A DNA stretch of 40,997 nucleotides from a virus (lineage: Duplodnaviria; Heunggongvirae; Uroviricota; Caudoviricetes): the IMG/VR virus record IMGVR_UViG_2571042438_000006; one strand, 5' to 3'. The translations under genes were made by a program, and so were the position numbers. This document shows, piece after piece, positions 17,925 through 31,470 of the stretch. The notes beneath the pieces were generated by a model. That model ran no database searches, was not told where the DNA came from, and worked only from the letters and a program-made list of their open reading frames with translations. Position 1 is the stretch's first letter, and each line of letters opens with the position of its first letter.

Positions 17925-18266
17925 TTGTATGCGATATCATCCAAAAGGATGAGTTCCTGCATGCAGGATATTTACAATCGTAAAAACTACACTATGATAC
18001 CCAGAGTGTCAGTTTGTATAAAAACTCTGTTTACGCTGAAGAAACAATTGAGATGCAACTTAAAGTTAGTAAACATGCCAGTCAAAATATATAATATTAT
18101 GATTCCACGCAGCTATATATAATATAACAGATTGGTTTAATAATTTGTCTTTGTGAGTTAAATACATAATTTTATACTTGTGATGCAATGAAATTTTCCT
18201 TATTGTTGAACTGGCGAATATTGATTTTCCACCTATACTTACCTGGTGTAACCCCAATGATATCAG

Positions 18267-19007
18267 GTGGATAATATGCTATACATATGTTCTATCATTT
18301 TGGTGTTGAACTCGTTTGATGTCCGAATTGGTAAAGAAGATATTTTGTTTAAAAAAGGAAGTGCTGTTCTCATTGATTACAATTTAAAAGATTTTTTTTC
18401 ATCAAATATAGATCATGTAATGATCGTAGATGTTGAAGAAAAAACAGTTAATGATTTCTTTAAAAGCAACACACTCTCACCTTTTTCTGTAAGAAGGTTT
18501 TATCCGGCATACTTGATGGTGGAATGTGAAGATTTTTCATTGTTAAAGAACTTGATTGCATGCTTGAATTGTGATGGCAGAACTGTGGATTTTGTTAGAA
18601 ATCAAATATCACTTGCATGTCTTGCTATCTTATCTTCAGAGAAAATAGTGCAAAGTTTTTTATTTGGATGTCTTAATAGTTTAGGAAGTAAAGTTAAGGC
18701 TATTATTCACACGGATATATCTGCAGCATGGAGACTTTGTGATATATCTTCAAGACTGTATCTGAGTGAAAGTCTGTTAAAAAGAAAATTAAAGCACGAA
18801 GGCTTATCATTTAGTAAGTTAATTCTTGAAGAGCGAATGGTGATGGCGGAAAGGTTATTAAGCTACAATTTATATTCTGTTGGAAAAGTTGCTGAGATAT
18901 GCAGTTATGAAAACACGTCATATTTTGTAAGTGTTTTCAGAAGGTATTTTGGTGTTCCTCCCCATCAATATTCATCAAGATTTTTTTTAGAAAAAGACAT
19001 GATGTAA
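18267..19007 (+). CDS. AraC/XylS-family transcriptional regulator (AppY/YbcM-like)
   Basis: 246 aa; C-terminal double helix-turn-helix (LSESLLKRKLKHEGLSFSKL...YENTSYFVSVFRRYFGVPPHQY); AT-rich. The true start may be a few codons downstream. Confidence 0.8.
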   Translation: MDNMLYICSIILVLNSFDVRIGKEDILFKKGSAVLIDYNLKDFFSSNIDHVMIVDVEEKTVNDFFKSNTLSPFSVRRFYPAYLMVECEDFSLLKNLIACLNCDGRTVDFVRNQISLACLAILSSEKIVQSFLFGCLNSLGSKVKAIIHTDISAAWRLCDISSRLYLSESLLKRKLKHEGLSFSKLILEERMVMAERLLSYNLYSVGKVAEICSYENTSYFVSVFRRYFGVPPHQYSSRFFLEKDMM

Positions 19008-19194
19008 CGTGATGCGTTTTAATGATTTTGTAATTTTCGTATTTGATAATTGTATGATGCTTTCAGCTACGCCAGAATAATCGCGGCGTTTTTCTTTTTG
19101 AATAGATGTTCAAGCCTTACGCTAATGTAACTTCTATACCTTTCCTCTTCGTTCCGAACCGTGTACACCATCCGTTATTTGCGGAGGTGAGGCT

Positions 19195-19410
19195 ATGAAA
19201 TCCATGGATAAGTTAACAACGGGCATTGCCTACGGCACCTCCGCAGGCAGTGCTGGCTACTGGTTTTTACAGCTGCTCGATAAAGTCACGCCCTCACAGT
19301 GGGCAGCAATAGGTGTGCTGGGTAGCTTGGTATTTGGCCTGCTGACGTACCTGACAAACCTTTATTTCAAGATTAAAGAAGATAAGCGCAAGGCTGCGAG
19401 AGGTGAATAA
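19195..19410 (+). CDS. S: Class II holin/pinholin (phage 21 S-like) with dual-start motif MKSM
   Basis: 71 aa, [31 protein letters not shown]...; two transmembrane domains; GGAGG ribosome-binding site. Confidence 0.85.
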   Translation: MKSMDKLTTGIAYGTSAGSAGYWFLQLLDKVTPSQWAAIGVLGSLVFGLLTYLTNLYFKIKEDKRKAARGE

Positions 19411-19907
19411 TGCCTCCATCATTACGAAAAGCCGTTGCTGCTGCTATTGGTGGCGGAGCAATTGCTATAGCATCAGTGTTAATCACTGGCCCAAGTGGTA
19501 ACGATGGTCTGGAAGGTGTCAGCTACATACCATACAAAGATATCGTTGGCGTATGGACTGTATGTCACGGGCATACAGGAAAAGACATCATTCCCGGTAA
19601 AACGTATACCGAAGCAGAATGCAAAGCCCTCCTGAATAAAGACCTTGCCACGGTAGCCAGACAAATTAACCCGTACATCAAAGTCGATATACCGGAAACA
19701 ACGCGCGGCGCTCTTTACTCGTTCGTCTATAACGTGGGCGCAGGCAATTTCAGAACATCTACTCTTCTTCGCAAAATAAACCAGGGCGATATCAAGGGCG
19801 CATGTGACCAGCTACGTCGCTGGGCATACGCTGGCGGTAAGCAATGGAAAGGCCTGATGACTCGTCGTGAGATTGAGCGTGAGGTCTGTTTGTGGGGGCA
19901 ACAATGA
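19410..19907 (+). CDS. R: SAR (signal-anchor-release) endolysin, lysozyme family (phage 21 R-like)
   Basis: 165 aa; N-terminal Gly/Ala-rich weakly hydrophobic SAR domain ([20 protein letters not shown]) followed by a lysozyme catalytic region. Confidence 0.85.
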   Translation: MPPSLRKAVAAAIGGGAIAIASVLITGPSGNDGLEGVSYIPYKDIVGVWTVCHGHTGKDIIPGKTYTEAECKALLNKDLATVARQINPYIKVDIPETTRGALYSFVYNVGAGNFRTSTLLRKINQGDIKGACDQLRRWAYAGGKQWKGLMTRREIEREVCLWGQQ

Positions 19908-20371
19908 GCAGGGTAACCGCGATTATCTCCGCTCTGGTTATCTGCATCATCGTCTGCCTGTCATGGGCTGTTAATCATTACCGTGATAATGCAATCGCCT
20001 ACAAAGAACAGCGTGATAACAAGGCCAGTGAACTGGAGAAGGCGAACGCCACCATTACTGACATGCAGCAGCGCCAGCGTGATGCTGATGCACTCGATGA
20101 TAAATACACGAAGGAGTTAGCTGATGCGAAAGCTGAAAATGATGCTCTTCGGCGCAAGCTTGATAATGGTGGTCGGGTGCTCGTCAAAGGAAAATGCCCT
20201 GTGCCATCCTCAGCCGAAACCTCCAGCGCCTCCGGCATGGGCAATGATGCCACCGTCGAACTCTCTCCAGTTGCTGGACGAAACGTTCTCGGTATCCGGG
20301 ACGGAATTATCCGCGACCAAACAGCACTGAGAACGCTTCAGGAATACATCAGGACGCAATGCCTTCGATGA
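19904..20371 (+). CDS. Rz: Rz i-spanin (inner-membrane spanin subunit)
   Basis: [23 protein letters not shown] transmembrane anchor followed by a coiled-coil periplasmic domain; start overlaps the R end. Confidence 0.8.
   Translation: MSRVTAIISALVICIIVCLSWAVNHYRDNAIAYKEQRDNKASELEKANATITDMQQRQRDADALDDKYTKELADAKAENDALRRKLDNGGRVLVKGKCPVPSSAETSSASGMGNDATVELSPVAGRNVLGIRDGIIRDQTALRTLQEYIRTQCLR
20124..20330 (+). CDS. Rz1: Rz1 o-spanin lipoprotein, embedded in the +1 frame inside Rz
   Basis: [21 protein letters not shown] (lipobox VVGC) followed by a Pro-rich segment [11 protein letters not shown]; wholly contained within Rz. Confidence 0.75.
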   Translation: MRKLKMMLFGASLIMVVGCSSKENALCHPQPKPPAPPAWAMMPPSNSLQLLDETFSVSGTELSATKQH

Positions 20372-20545
20372 TAGCGATAATTTTACTCATCATCCTTCAC
20401 ATCTGGCTCTGTAGACAGGGTGGTGCTCACTTCTGGAGTGAATCCAGATTAAACATCTCATTGCTGATGCTTGATATTGAGCATTTTGCGCGCGGTAAGG
20501 GGCTGCGTTGAGATAAGAACCAGTCATTACAAATACCAGGATTTA

Positions 20546-20568
20546 GCCTCGCATTCGCGGGGCTTTTT
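20546..20568 (+). terminator. Rho-independent terminator after the lysis cassette
   Basis: GCCTCGC-ATTC-GCGGGGC hairpin (one G-U pair) followed by TTTTTATT. Confidence 0.5.
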
Positions 20569-20862
20569 ATTGCCATTACAAAAGCCACTTCCTACAGAGT
20601 GGCTTTGATAATGGTTTATACCCTACACGGGATAACTTAACTGATATCCCTTTTAAAGGATAAAGGTATTCAAGCCTGACACATCATGCGCTGTATCGTC
20701 GCCGTATTCCCGTATTAACAGAGACCGTAGCCCGACGGGGAACTCCTTCTGCGCGAGTGTGCGGGAATAATCAAAAACGATGCACACCGGGGTTACCGGG
20801 TACACATATTTCATCATGCCAGCGAGTCCGGTTCTGGCACGGAAGAAACCGGACGTTATGAT

Positions 20863-21273
20863 TTAGTGCGGAAATATTTGTGTAGTGTTCTGAATGTTCT
20901 CAGTAAAGAGTAATGAATTATCAAAGGTATAGTAATACCTTTTGTTTTCGTGGATATTTGTAATCCATCTGAAAACCCCTGCTGTAGCAAGATTTTTCCT
21001 GTATTCGTAAAATGATAACTCTCCTGATTTGAATCCTTTTAAGGTGGCTTCTATAAGGCATTTATTTTTTGAAAATCTTACATTTACAACCTTACCCTGT
21101 CCTTTTATTAAAACCGTATTATCGTTTTCAAGAACAAGATGAATATTCTCTGTAGCTAAATAGTAAATGTAATGTGAGACATTGTGACGTTTTAGTTCAG
21201 AATAAAACCAGTGATAGTTTAAATTATTTCGCACTTTATCGAATATTTGTTTAAAAATGGCAACCTGAGCCAT
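20863..21273 (-). CDS. ybcV: YbcV-like protein (DUF1398)
   Basis: 136 aa from [42 protein letters not shown]; AT-rich cargo between the lysis genes and cos. Confidence 0.65.
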   Translation of the reverse strand: MAQVAIFKQIFDKVRNNLNYHWFYSELKRHNVSHYIYYLATENIHLVLENDNTVLIKGQGKVVNVRFSKNKCLIEATLKGFKSGELSFYEYRKNLATAGVFRWITNIHENKRYYYTFDNSLLFTENIQNTTQIFPH

Positions 21274-21329
21274 TGTGGTACCTTCCATGTGATATGAGGG
21301 GCGTAGTCTGCACGATTATCTAAATTGCT

Positions 21330-21563
21330 TCAATCTGGTCTGATCTGTTTTCTGAGCAATTCAGTAATGTCACTCTTTTCTTTGTTTGCTTCAGGAGAAA
21401 CTCTTTTTTCTGAGCACAGTCTCCGGCGGCAGGCTTCAATGACCCAGGCTGAGAAATTCCCGGACCCTTTTTGATCAAGAGCGATGTTAATTTGTTCAAT
21501 CATTTGGTTAGGAAAGCGGATGTTGCGGATTGTTGTTCTGCGGGTTCTGTTCTTCGTTGACAT
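21330..21563 (-). CDS. ylcI: YlcI-like small protein (DUF3950); may start at the internal MIEQINIAL (21503)
   Basis: ...MIEQINIALDQKGSGNFSAWVIEACRRRLCSEKR... Confidence 0.5.
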   Translation of the reverse strand: MSTKNRTRRTTIRNIRFPNQMIEQINIALDQKGSGNFSAWVIEACRRRLCSEKRVSPEANKEKSDITELLRKQIRPD

Positions 21564-21762
21564 GAGGTTGTCCCGTATTTAGTGTCGCTGATTTGTATTG
21601 TCTGAAGTTGTTTTTACGTTAAGTTGATGCAGATCAATTAATATGATACCTGCGTCATAATTGATTATTTGACGTGGTTTGATGGCGTAGATGCACGTTG
21701 TGACATGCAGATGATAATTATTATCATTTTGCGGGTCCTTTCCGGCGATCCGACAGGTTACG

Positions 21763-21774
21763 GGGCGGCGACCT
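21763..21774 (+). other. cosN: 12-nt cohesive-end sequence GGGCGGCGACCT, with cosB and terminase-binding region to its right (to about 21950)
   Basis: GTTACGGGGCGGCGACCTCGCGGGTTTTCGCTATTTATGAAAA matches the lambda cos junction as I recall it. Confidence 0.85.
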
Positions 21775-21951
21775 CGCGGGTTTTCGCTATTTATGAAAAA
21801 TTTCCGGTTTAAGGCGTTTCCGTTCTTCTTCGTCATAACTTAATGTTTTTATTTAAAATACCCTCTGAAAAGAAAGGAAACGACAGGTGCTGAAAGCGAG
21901 CTTTTTGGCCTCTGTCGTTTCCTTTCTCTGTTTTTGTCCGTGGAATGAACA

Positions 21952-22471
21952 ATGGAAGTCAACAAAAAGCAGCTGGCTGACATTTTCGGTGCGAGTATCC
22001 GTACCATTCAGAACTGGCAGGAACAGGGAATGCCCGTTCTGCGAGGCGGTGGCAAGGGTAATGAGGTGCTTTATGACTCTGCCGCCGTCATAAAATGGTA
22101 TGCCGAAAGGGATGCTGAAATTGAGAACGAAAAGCTGCGCCGGGAGGTTGAAGAACTGCGGCAGGCCAGCGAGGCAGATCTCCAGCCAGGAACTATTGAG
22201 TACGAACGCCATCGACTTACGCGTGCGCAGGCCGACGCACAGGAACTGAAGAATGCCAGAGACTCCGCTGAAGTGGTGGAAACCGCATTCTGTACTTTCG
22301 TGTTGTCGCGGATCGCAGGTGAAATTGCCAGTATTCTCGACGGGCTCCCCCTGTCGGTGCAGCGGCGTTTTCCGGAACTGGAAAACCGACATGTTGATTT
22401 CCTGAAACGGGATATTATCAAAGCCATGAACAAAGCAGCCGCGCTGGATGAACTGATACCGGGGTTGCTGA

Positions 22472-22497
<26 letters not shown>
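21952..22497 (+). CDS. nu1: Terminase small subunit Nu1
   Basis: 181 aa, MEVNKKQLADIFGASIRTIQNWQEQGMPVLRGGGKGNEVLYD..., lambda Nu1 as recalled. Confidence 0.95.
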
Positions 22498-26177
<3,680 letters not shown>

Positions 26178-26197
<20 letters not shown>

Positions 26198-27497
26198 TCT
26201 CCCGCATATTGCCAGCATGGCTTTTAATGAGCCGCTGATGCTTGAACCCGCCTATGCGCGGGTTTTCTTTTGTGCGCTTGCAGGCCAGTTTGGGATCAGC
26301 CGCCTGACGGATGCAGTATCCGGCGACAGCCTGACTGCCGGAGAGGCACCCGCGGCGCTGGCGTTATCCGGTGATGATGACGGACCACGACAGGCCCGCA
26401 GTTATCAGGTCATGAACGGCATCGCCGTGCTGCCGGTGTCCGGTACGCTGGTCAGCCGGACGCGGGCGCTGCAGCCGTATTCGGGAATGACCGGTTACAA
26501 CGGCATTATCGCCCGTCTGCAACAGGCTGCCAGCGATCCGATGGTGGACGGCATTCTGCTGGATATGGACACACCGGGCGGGATGGTGGCGGGAGCATTT
26601 GACTGTGCTGACATCATCGCCCGTGTGCGAGACATAAAACCGGTATGGGCGCTGGCCAACGACATGAACTGCAGTGCAGGTCAGCTGCTTGCCAGCGCCG
26701 CCTCCCGGCGTCTGGTCACGCAGACCGCCCGGACAGGCTCCATCGGCGTCATGATGGCTCACAGTAATTACGGTGCTGCGCTGGAGAAACAGGGCGTGGA
26801 AATCACGCTGATTTACAGCGGCAGCCATAAGGTGGATGGCAACCCCTACAGCCATCTACCGGATGATGTCCGGGAAACACTGCAGTCCCGGATGGATGCA
26901 ACCCGCCGGATGTTTGCACAGAAGGTGTCGGCATATACCGGCCTGTCCGTGCAGGCTGTGCTGGATACCGAGGCTGCAGTGTACAGCGGTCAGGAGGCCA
27001 TTGATGCCGGACTGGCTGATGAACTTGTTAACAGCACCGATGCGATCACCGTCATGCGTGATGCACTGGATGCACGTAAATCCCGTCTCTCAGGAGGGCG
27101 AATGACCAAAGAGACTCAATCAACAACTGTTTCAGCCACTGCTTCGCAGGCTGACGTTACTGACGTGGTGCCAGCGACGGAGGGCGAGAACGCCAGCGCG
27201 GCGCAGCCGGACGTGAACGCGCAGATCACCGCAGCGGTTGCGGCAGAAAACAGCCGCATTATGGGGATCCTCAACTGTGAGGAGGCTCACGGACGCGAAG
27301 AACAGGCACGCGTGCTGGCAGAAACCCCCGGTATGACCGTGAAAACGGCCCGCCGCATTCTGGCCGCAGCACCACAGAGTGCACAGGCGCGCAGTGACAC
27401 TGCGCTGGATCGTCTGATGCAGGGGGCACCGGCACCGCTGGCTGCAGGTAACCCGGCATCTGATGCCGTTAACGATTTGCTGAACACACCAGTGTAA
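26178..27497 (+). CDS. C: Capsid assembly protease/scaffold C, probable GTG start
   Basis: 439 codons from GTG at 26178: (M)TAELRNLPHIASMAFNEPLMLEPAYARVFF...; GGAGGAG ribosome-binding site upstream. The ORF track shows a longer upstream-ATG version that overlaps B. Confidence 0.9.
27102..27497 (+). CDS. nu3: Nu3 scaffolding protein, translated in frame from an internal start within C
   Basis: Internal ATG at 27102 with GGAGGG ribosome-binding site; MTKETQSTTVSATASQADVTDVV... Ala-rich 131-aa product, as in lambda. Confidence 0.7.
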   Translation: MTKETQSTTVSATASQADVTDVVPATEGENASAAQPDVNAQITAAVAAENSRIMGILNCEEAHGREEQARVLAETPGMTVKTARRILAAAPQSAQARSDTALDRLMQGAPAPLAAGNPASDAVNDLLNTPV

Positions 27498-27506
27498 GGG
27501 ATGTTT

Positions 27507-27839
27507 ATGACGAGCAAAGAAACCTTTACCCATTACCAGCCGCAGGGCAACAGTGACCCGGCTCATACCGCAACCGCGCCCGGCGGATTGAGTGCGAAAG
27601 CGCCTGCAATGACCCCGCTGATGCTGGACACCTCCAGCCGTAAGCTGGTTGCGTGGGATGGCACCACCGACGGTGCTGCCGTTGGCATTCTTGCGGTTGC
27701 TGCTGACCAGACCAGCACCACGCTGACGTTCTACAAGTCCGGCACGTTCCGTTATGAGGATGTGCTCTGGCCGGAGGCTGCCAGCGACGAGACGAAAAAA
27801 CGGACCGCGTTTGCCGGAACGGCAATCAGCATCGTTTAA
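27507..27839 (+). CDS. D: Head decoration protein D
   Basis: 110 aa, [52 protein letters not shown]. Confidence 0.95.
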
Positions 27840-27860
27840 CTTTACCCTTCATCACTAAAG

Positions 27861-27881
27861 GCCGCCTGTGCGGCTTTTTTT
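27861..27881 (+). terminator. Hairpin plus T-tract between D and E (attenuator/terminator-like)
   Basis: GCCGC-CTGT-GCGGC followed by TTTTTTT. Confidence 0.4.
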
Positions 27882-27894
27882 ACGGGATTTTTTT

Positions 27895-28920
27895 ATGTCG
27901 ATGTACACAACCGCCCAGCTGCTGGCGGCAAATGAGCAGAAATTTAAGTTTGATCCGCTGTTTCTGCGTCTCTTTTTCCGTGAGAGCTATCCCTTCACTA
28001 CGGAGAAAGTCTATCTCTCACAAATTCCGGGACTGGTAAACATGGCGCTGTACGTTTCGCCGATTGTTTCCGGTGAGGTTATCCGTTCCCGTGGCGGCTC
28101 CACCTCTGAATTTACGCCGGGATATGTCAAACCCAAGCATGAAGTGAATCCGCAGATGACCCTGCGTCGCCTGCCGGATGAAGATCCGCAGAATCTGGCG
28201 GACCCGGCTTACCGCCGCCGTCGCATCATCATGCAGAACATGCGTGACGAAGAGCTGGCCATTGCTCAGGTCGAAGAGATGCAGGCAGTTTCTGCCGTGC
28301 TTAAGGGCAAATATACCATGACCGGTGAAGCCTTCGATCCGGTTGAGGTGGATATGGGCCGCAGTGAGGCGAATAACATCACGCAGTCCGGCGGCACGGA
28401 GTGGAGCAAGCGTGACAAGTCCACGTATGACCCGACCGACGATATCGAAGCCTACGCGCTGAACGCCAGCGGTGTGGTGAATATCATCGTGTTTGATCCG
28501 AAAGGCTGGGCGCTGTTCCGTTCCTTCAAAGCCGTCAAGGAGAAGCTGGATACCCGTCGCGGCTCTCATTCCGAGCTGGAGACAGCGGTAAAAGACCTGG
28601 GCAAAGCGGTGTCCTATAAGGGAATGTATGGCGATGTGGCCATCGTCGTGTATTCCGGACAGTACGTGGAAAACGGCGTCAAAAAGAACTTCCTGCCGGA
28701 CAACACGATGGTGCTGGGGAACACTCAGGCTCGCGGTCTGCGCACCTATGGCTGCATTCAGGATGCGGACGCACAGCGCGAAGGCATTAACGCCTCTGCC
28801 CGTTACCCGAAAAACTGGGTGACTACCGGCGATCCGGCGCGTGAGTTCACCATGATTCAGTCAGCACCGCTGATGCTGCTGGCTGATCCTGATGAGTTCG
28901 TGTCCGTTCAACTGGCGTAA
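27895..28920 (+). CDS. E: Major capsid protein E
   Basis: 341 aa, MSMYTTAQLLAANEQKFKFDPLFLRLFFRESYPFTTEKVYLSQIPGLVNMALYVSP. Confidence 0.95.
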   Translation: MSMYTTAQLLAANEQKFKFDPLFLRLFFRESYPFTTEKVYLSQIPGLVNMALYVSPIVSGEVIRSRGGSTSEFTPGYVKPKHEVNPQMTLRRLPDEDPQNLADPAYRRRRIIMQNMRDEELAIAQVEEMQAVSAVLKGKYTMTGEAFDPVEVDMGRSEANNITQSGGTEWSKRDKSTYDPTDDIEAYALNASGVVNIIVFDPKGWALFRSFKAVKEKLDTRRGSHSELETAVKDLGKAVSYKGMYGDVAIVVYSGQYVENGVKKNFLPDNTMVLGNTQARGLRTYGCIQDADAQREGINASARYPKNWVTTGDPAREFTMIQSAPLMLLADPDEFVSVQLA

Positions 28921-28961
28921 TCATGGCCCTTCGGGGCCATTGTTTCTCTGTGGAGGAGTCC

Positions 28962-29360
28962 ATGACGAAAGATGAACTGATTGCCCGTCTCCGCTCGCTG
29001 GGTGAACAACTGAACCGTGATGTCAGCCTGACGGGGACGAAAGAAGAACTGGCGCTCCGTGTGGCAGAGCTGAAAGAGGAGCTTGATGACACGGATGAAA
29101 CTGCCGGTCAGGACACCCCTCTCAGCCGGGAAAATGTGCTGACCGGACATGAAAATGAGGTGGGATCAGCGCAGCCGGATACCGTGATTCTGGATACGTC
29201 TGAACTGGTCACGGTCGTGGCACTGGTGAAGCTGCATACTGATGCACTTCACGCCACGCGGGATGAACCTGTGGCATTTGTGCTGCCGGGAACGGCGTTT
29301 CGTGTCTCTGCCGGTGTGGCAGCCGAAATGACAGAGCGCGGCCTGGCCAGAATGCAATAA
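28962..29360 (+). CDS. FI: DNA-packaging protein FI
   Basis: 132 aa, MTKDELIARLRSLGEQLNRDVSLTGTKEELALRVAELKEELDD. Confidence 0.9.
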   Translation: MTKDELIARLRSLGEQLNRDVSLTGTKEELALRVAELKEELDDTDETAGQDTPLSRENVLTGHENEVGSAQPDTVILDTSELVTVVALVKLHTDALHATRDEPVAFVLPGTAFRVSAGVAAEMTERGLARMQ

Positions 29361-29371
29361 CGGGAGGCGCT

Positions 29372-29725
29372 GTGGCTGATTTCGATAACCTGTTCGATGC
29401 TGCCATTGCCCGCGCCGATGAAACGATACGCGGGTACATGGGAACGTCAGCCACCATTACATCCGGTGAGCAGTCAGGTGCGGTGATACGTGGTGTTTTT
29501 GATGACCCTGAAAATATCAGCTATGCCGGACAGGGCGTGCGCGTTGAAGGCTCCAGCCCGTCCCTGTTTGTCCGGACTGATGAGGTGCGGCAGCTGCGGC
29601 GTGGAGACACGCTGACCATCGGTGAGGAAAATTTCTGGGTAGATCGGGTTTCGCCGGATGATGGCGGAAGCTGTCATCTCTGGCTTGGACGGGGCGTACC
29701 GCCTGCCGTTAACCGTCGCCGCTGA
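29372..29725 (+). CDS. FII: Head completion protein FII
   Basis: 117 aa, MADFDNLFDAAIARADETIRGYMGTSATITSGEQSGAVIRGVFDD. Confidence 0.9.
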   Translation: MADFDNLFDAAIARADETIRGYMGTSATITSGEQSGAVIRGVFDDPENISYAGQGVRVEGSSPSLFVRTDEVRQLRRGDTLTIGEENFWVDRVSPDDGGSCHLWLGRGVPPAVNRRR

Positions 29726-29736
29726 AAGGGGGATGT

Positions 29737-30315
29737 ATGGCCATAAAAGGTCTTGAGCAGGCCGTTGAAAACCTCAGCCGTATCAGCAGAACGGCGGTGC
29801 CCGGTGCCGCCGCAATGGCCATTAACCGAGTTGCTTCATCCGCGATATCGCAGTCGGCGTCACAGGTTGCCCGTGAGACAAAGGTACGCCGGAAACTGGT
29901 AAAGGAAAGGGCCAGGCTGAAAAGGGCCACGGTCAAAAATCCGCAGGCCAGAATCAAGGTTAACCGGGGGGATTTGCCCGTAATCAAGCTGGGTAATGCG
30001 CGGGTTGTCCTTTCGCGCCGCAGGCGTCGTAAAAAGGGGCAGCGTTCATCCCTGAAAGGTGGCGGCAGCGTGCTTGTGGTGGGAAACCGTCGTATTCCCG
30101 GCGCGTTTATTCAGCAACTGAAAAATGGCCGGTGGCATGTCATGCAGCGTGTGGCCGGGAAAAACCGTTACCCCATTGATGTGGTGAAAATTCCGATGGC
30201 GGTGCCGCTGACCACGGCGTTTAAACAGAATATTGAGCGGATACGGCGTGAACGTCTTCCGAAAGAGCTGGGCTATGCGCTGCAGCATCAACTGAGAATG
30301 GTAATAAAGCGATGA
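29737..30315 (+). CDS. Z: Tail completion protein Z
   Basis: 192 aa, MAIKGLEQAVENLSRISRTAVPGAAAMAINRVASSAISQSASQV. Confidence 0.9.
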   Translation: MAIKGLEQAVENLSRISRTAVPGAAAMAINRVASSAISQSASQVARETKVRRKLVKERARLKRATVKNPQARIKVNRGDLPVIKLGNARVVLSRRRRRKKGQRSSLKGGGSVLVVGNRRIPGAFIQQLKNGRWHVMQRVAGKNRYPIDVVKIPMAVPLTTAFKQNIERIRRERLPKELGYALQHQLRMVIKR

Positions 30316-30707
30316 AACATACTGAACTCCGCGCAGCCGTACTGGATGCACTGGAGAAGCATGACACCGGGGCGACGTTTTTTGATGGTCGCCCCGCTGT
30401 TTTTGATGAGGCGGATTTTCCGGCAGTTGCCGTTTATCTCACCGGCGCTGAATACACGGGCGAAGAGCTGGACAGCGATACCTGGCAGGCGGAGCTGCAT
30501 ATCGAAGTTTTCCTGCCTGCTCAGGTGCCGGATTCAGAGCTGGATGCGTGGATGGAGTCCCGGATTTATCCGGTGATGAGCGATATCCCGGCACTGTCAG
30601 ATTTGATCACCAGTATGGTGGCCAGTGGCTATGACTACCGGCGCGACGATGATGCGGGCCTGTGGAGTTCAGCCGATCTGACTTATGTCATTACCTATGA
30701 AATGTGA
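30312..30707 (+). CDS. U: Tail terminator protein U
   Basis: 131 aa, [48 protein letters not shown]. Confidence 0.9.
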   Translation: MKHTELRAAVLDALEKHDTGATFFDGRPAVFDEADFPAVAVYLTGAEYTGEELDSDTWQAELHIEVFLPAQVPDSELDAWMESRIYPVMSDIPALSDLITSMVASGYDYRRDDDAGLWSSADLTYVITYEM

Positions 30708-30714
30708 GGACGAT

Positions 30715-31455
30715 ATGCCAACACCAAATCCTCTGGCACCGGTGAAAGGGGCCGGGACCACCCTGTGGGTTTATAACGGGAGCGGCGACCCTTATGCAAA
30801 CCCGCTTTCAGACAATGACTGGTCGCGTCTGGCAAAGGTTAAAGACCTGACGCCCGGCGAACTGACCGCTGAGTCCTATGACGACAGTTATCTCGATGAT
30901 GAAGATGCGGACTGGACCGCGACCGGACAGGGGCAGAAATCCGCCGGAGATACCAGCTTCACGCTGGCGTGGATGCCCGGAGAGCAGGGGCAGCAGGCGC
31001 TGCTGGCGTGGTTTAATGAAGGTGATACCCGTGCCTATAAAATCCGCTTCCCGAACGGCACGGTCGATGTGTTCCGCGGCTGGGTCAGCAGTATCGGTAA
31101 GGCGGTGACGGCGAAGGAAGTGATCACCCGCACGGTGAAAGTCACCAATGTGGGACGTCCGTCGATGGCAGAAGATCGCAGCACGGTAACAGCGGTAACC
31201 GGTATGACCGTGACGCCAGCCAGCGCTTCCGTAGTGAAAGGGAAGAGCACCACGCTGACCGTGGCATTCCAGCCGGAAGGCGCAACCGACAAGAGCTTCC
31301 GTGCGGTGTCAGCGGATAAAACAAAAGCCACCGTGTCGGTCAGTGGTATGACCATCACCGTGAATGGCGTTGCTGCAGGCAAGGTCAACATTCCGATTGT
31401 ATCCGGTAATGGTGAGTTTGCTGCGGTTGCAGAAATCACCGTCACCGCCAGTTAA
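30715..31455 (+). CDS. V: Major tail protein V (C-terminal Ig-like domain)
   Basis: 246 aa from [33 protein letters not shown]. Confidence 0.9.
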   Translation: MPTPNPLAPVKGAGTTLWVYNGSGDPYANPLSDNDWSRLAKVKDLTPGELTAESYDDSYLDDEDADWTATGQGQKSAGDTSFTLAWMPGEQGQQALLAWFNEGDTRAYKIRFPNGTVDVFRGWVSSIGKAVTAKEVITRTVKVTNVGRPSMAEDRSTVTAVTGMTVTPASASVVKGKSTTLTVAFQPEGATDKSFRAVSADKTKATVSVSGMTITVNGVAAGKVNIPIVSGNGEFAAVAEITVTAS

Positions 31456-31470
31456 TCCGGAGAGTCAGAG

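Noticed and set aside
16093-19194. Toxin or virulence cargo (stx-like) in the Q-S slot
   Set aside because: Translations show a lipocalin, a YbgA-type protein and an AraC regulator; no A/B toxin subunits or tRNA genes of the Stx-phage type are present.
19008-19194. IpeX-like small RNA upstream of the holin, by analogy with DLP12
   Set aside because: I cannot recall the IpeX sequence well enough to match it, and in DLP12 it derives from the nmpC 3' region, which is absent here.
21579-21836. 85-aa minus-strand ORF
   Set aside because: Spans the cosN/cosQ packaging site, has no ribosome-binding site, and has a low-complexity product; the region is accounted for by cos.
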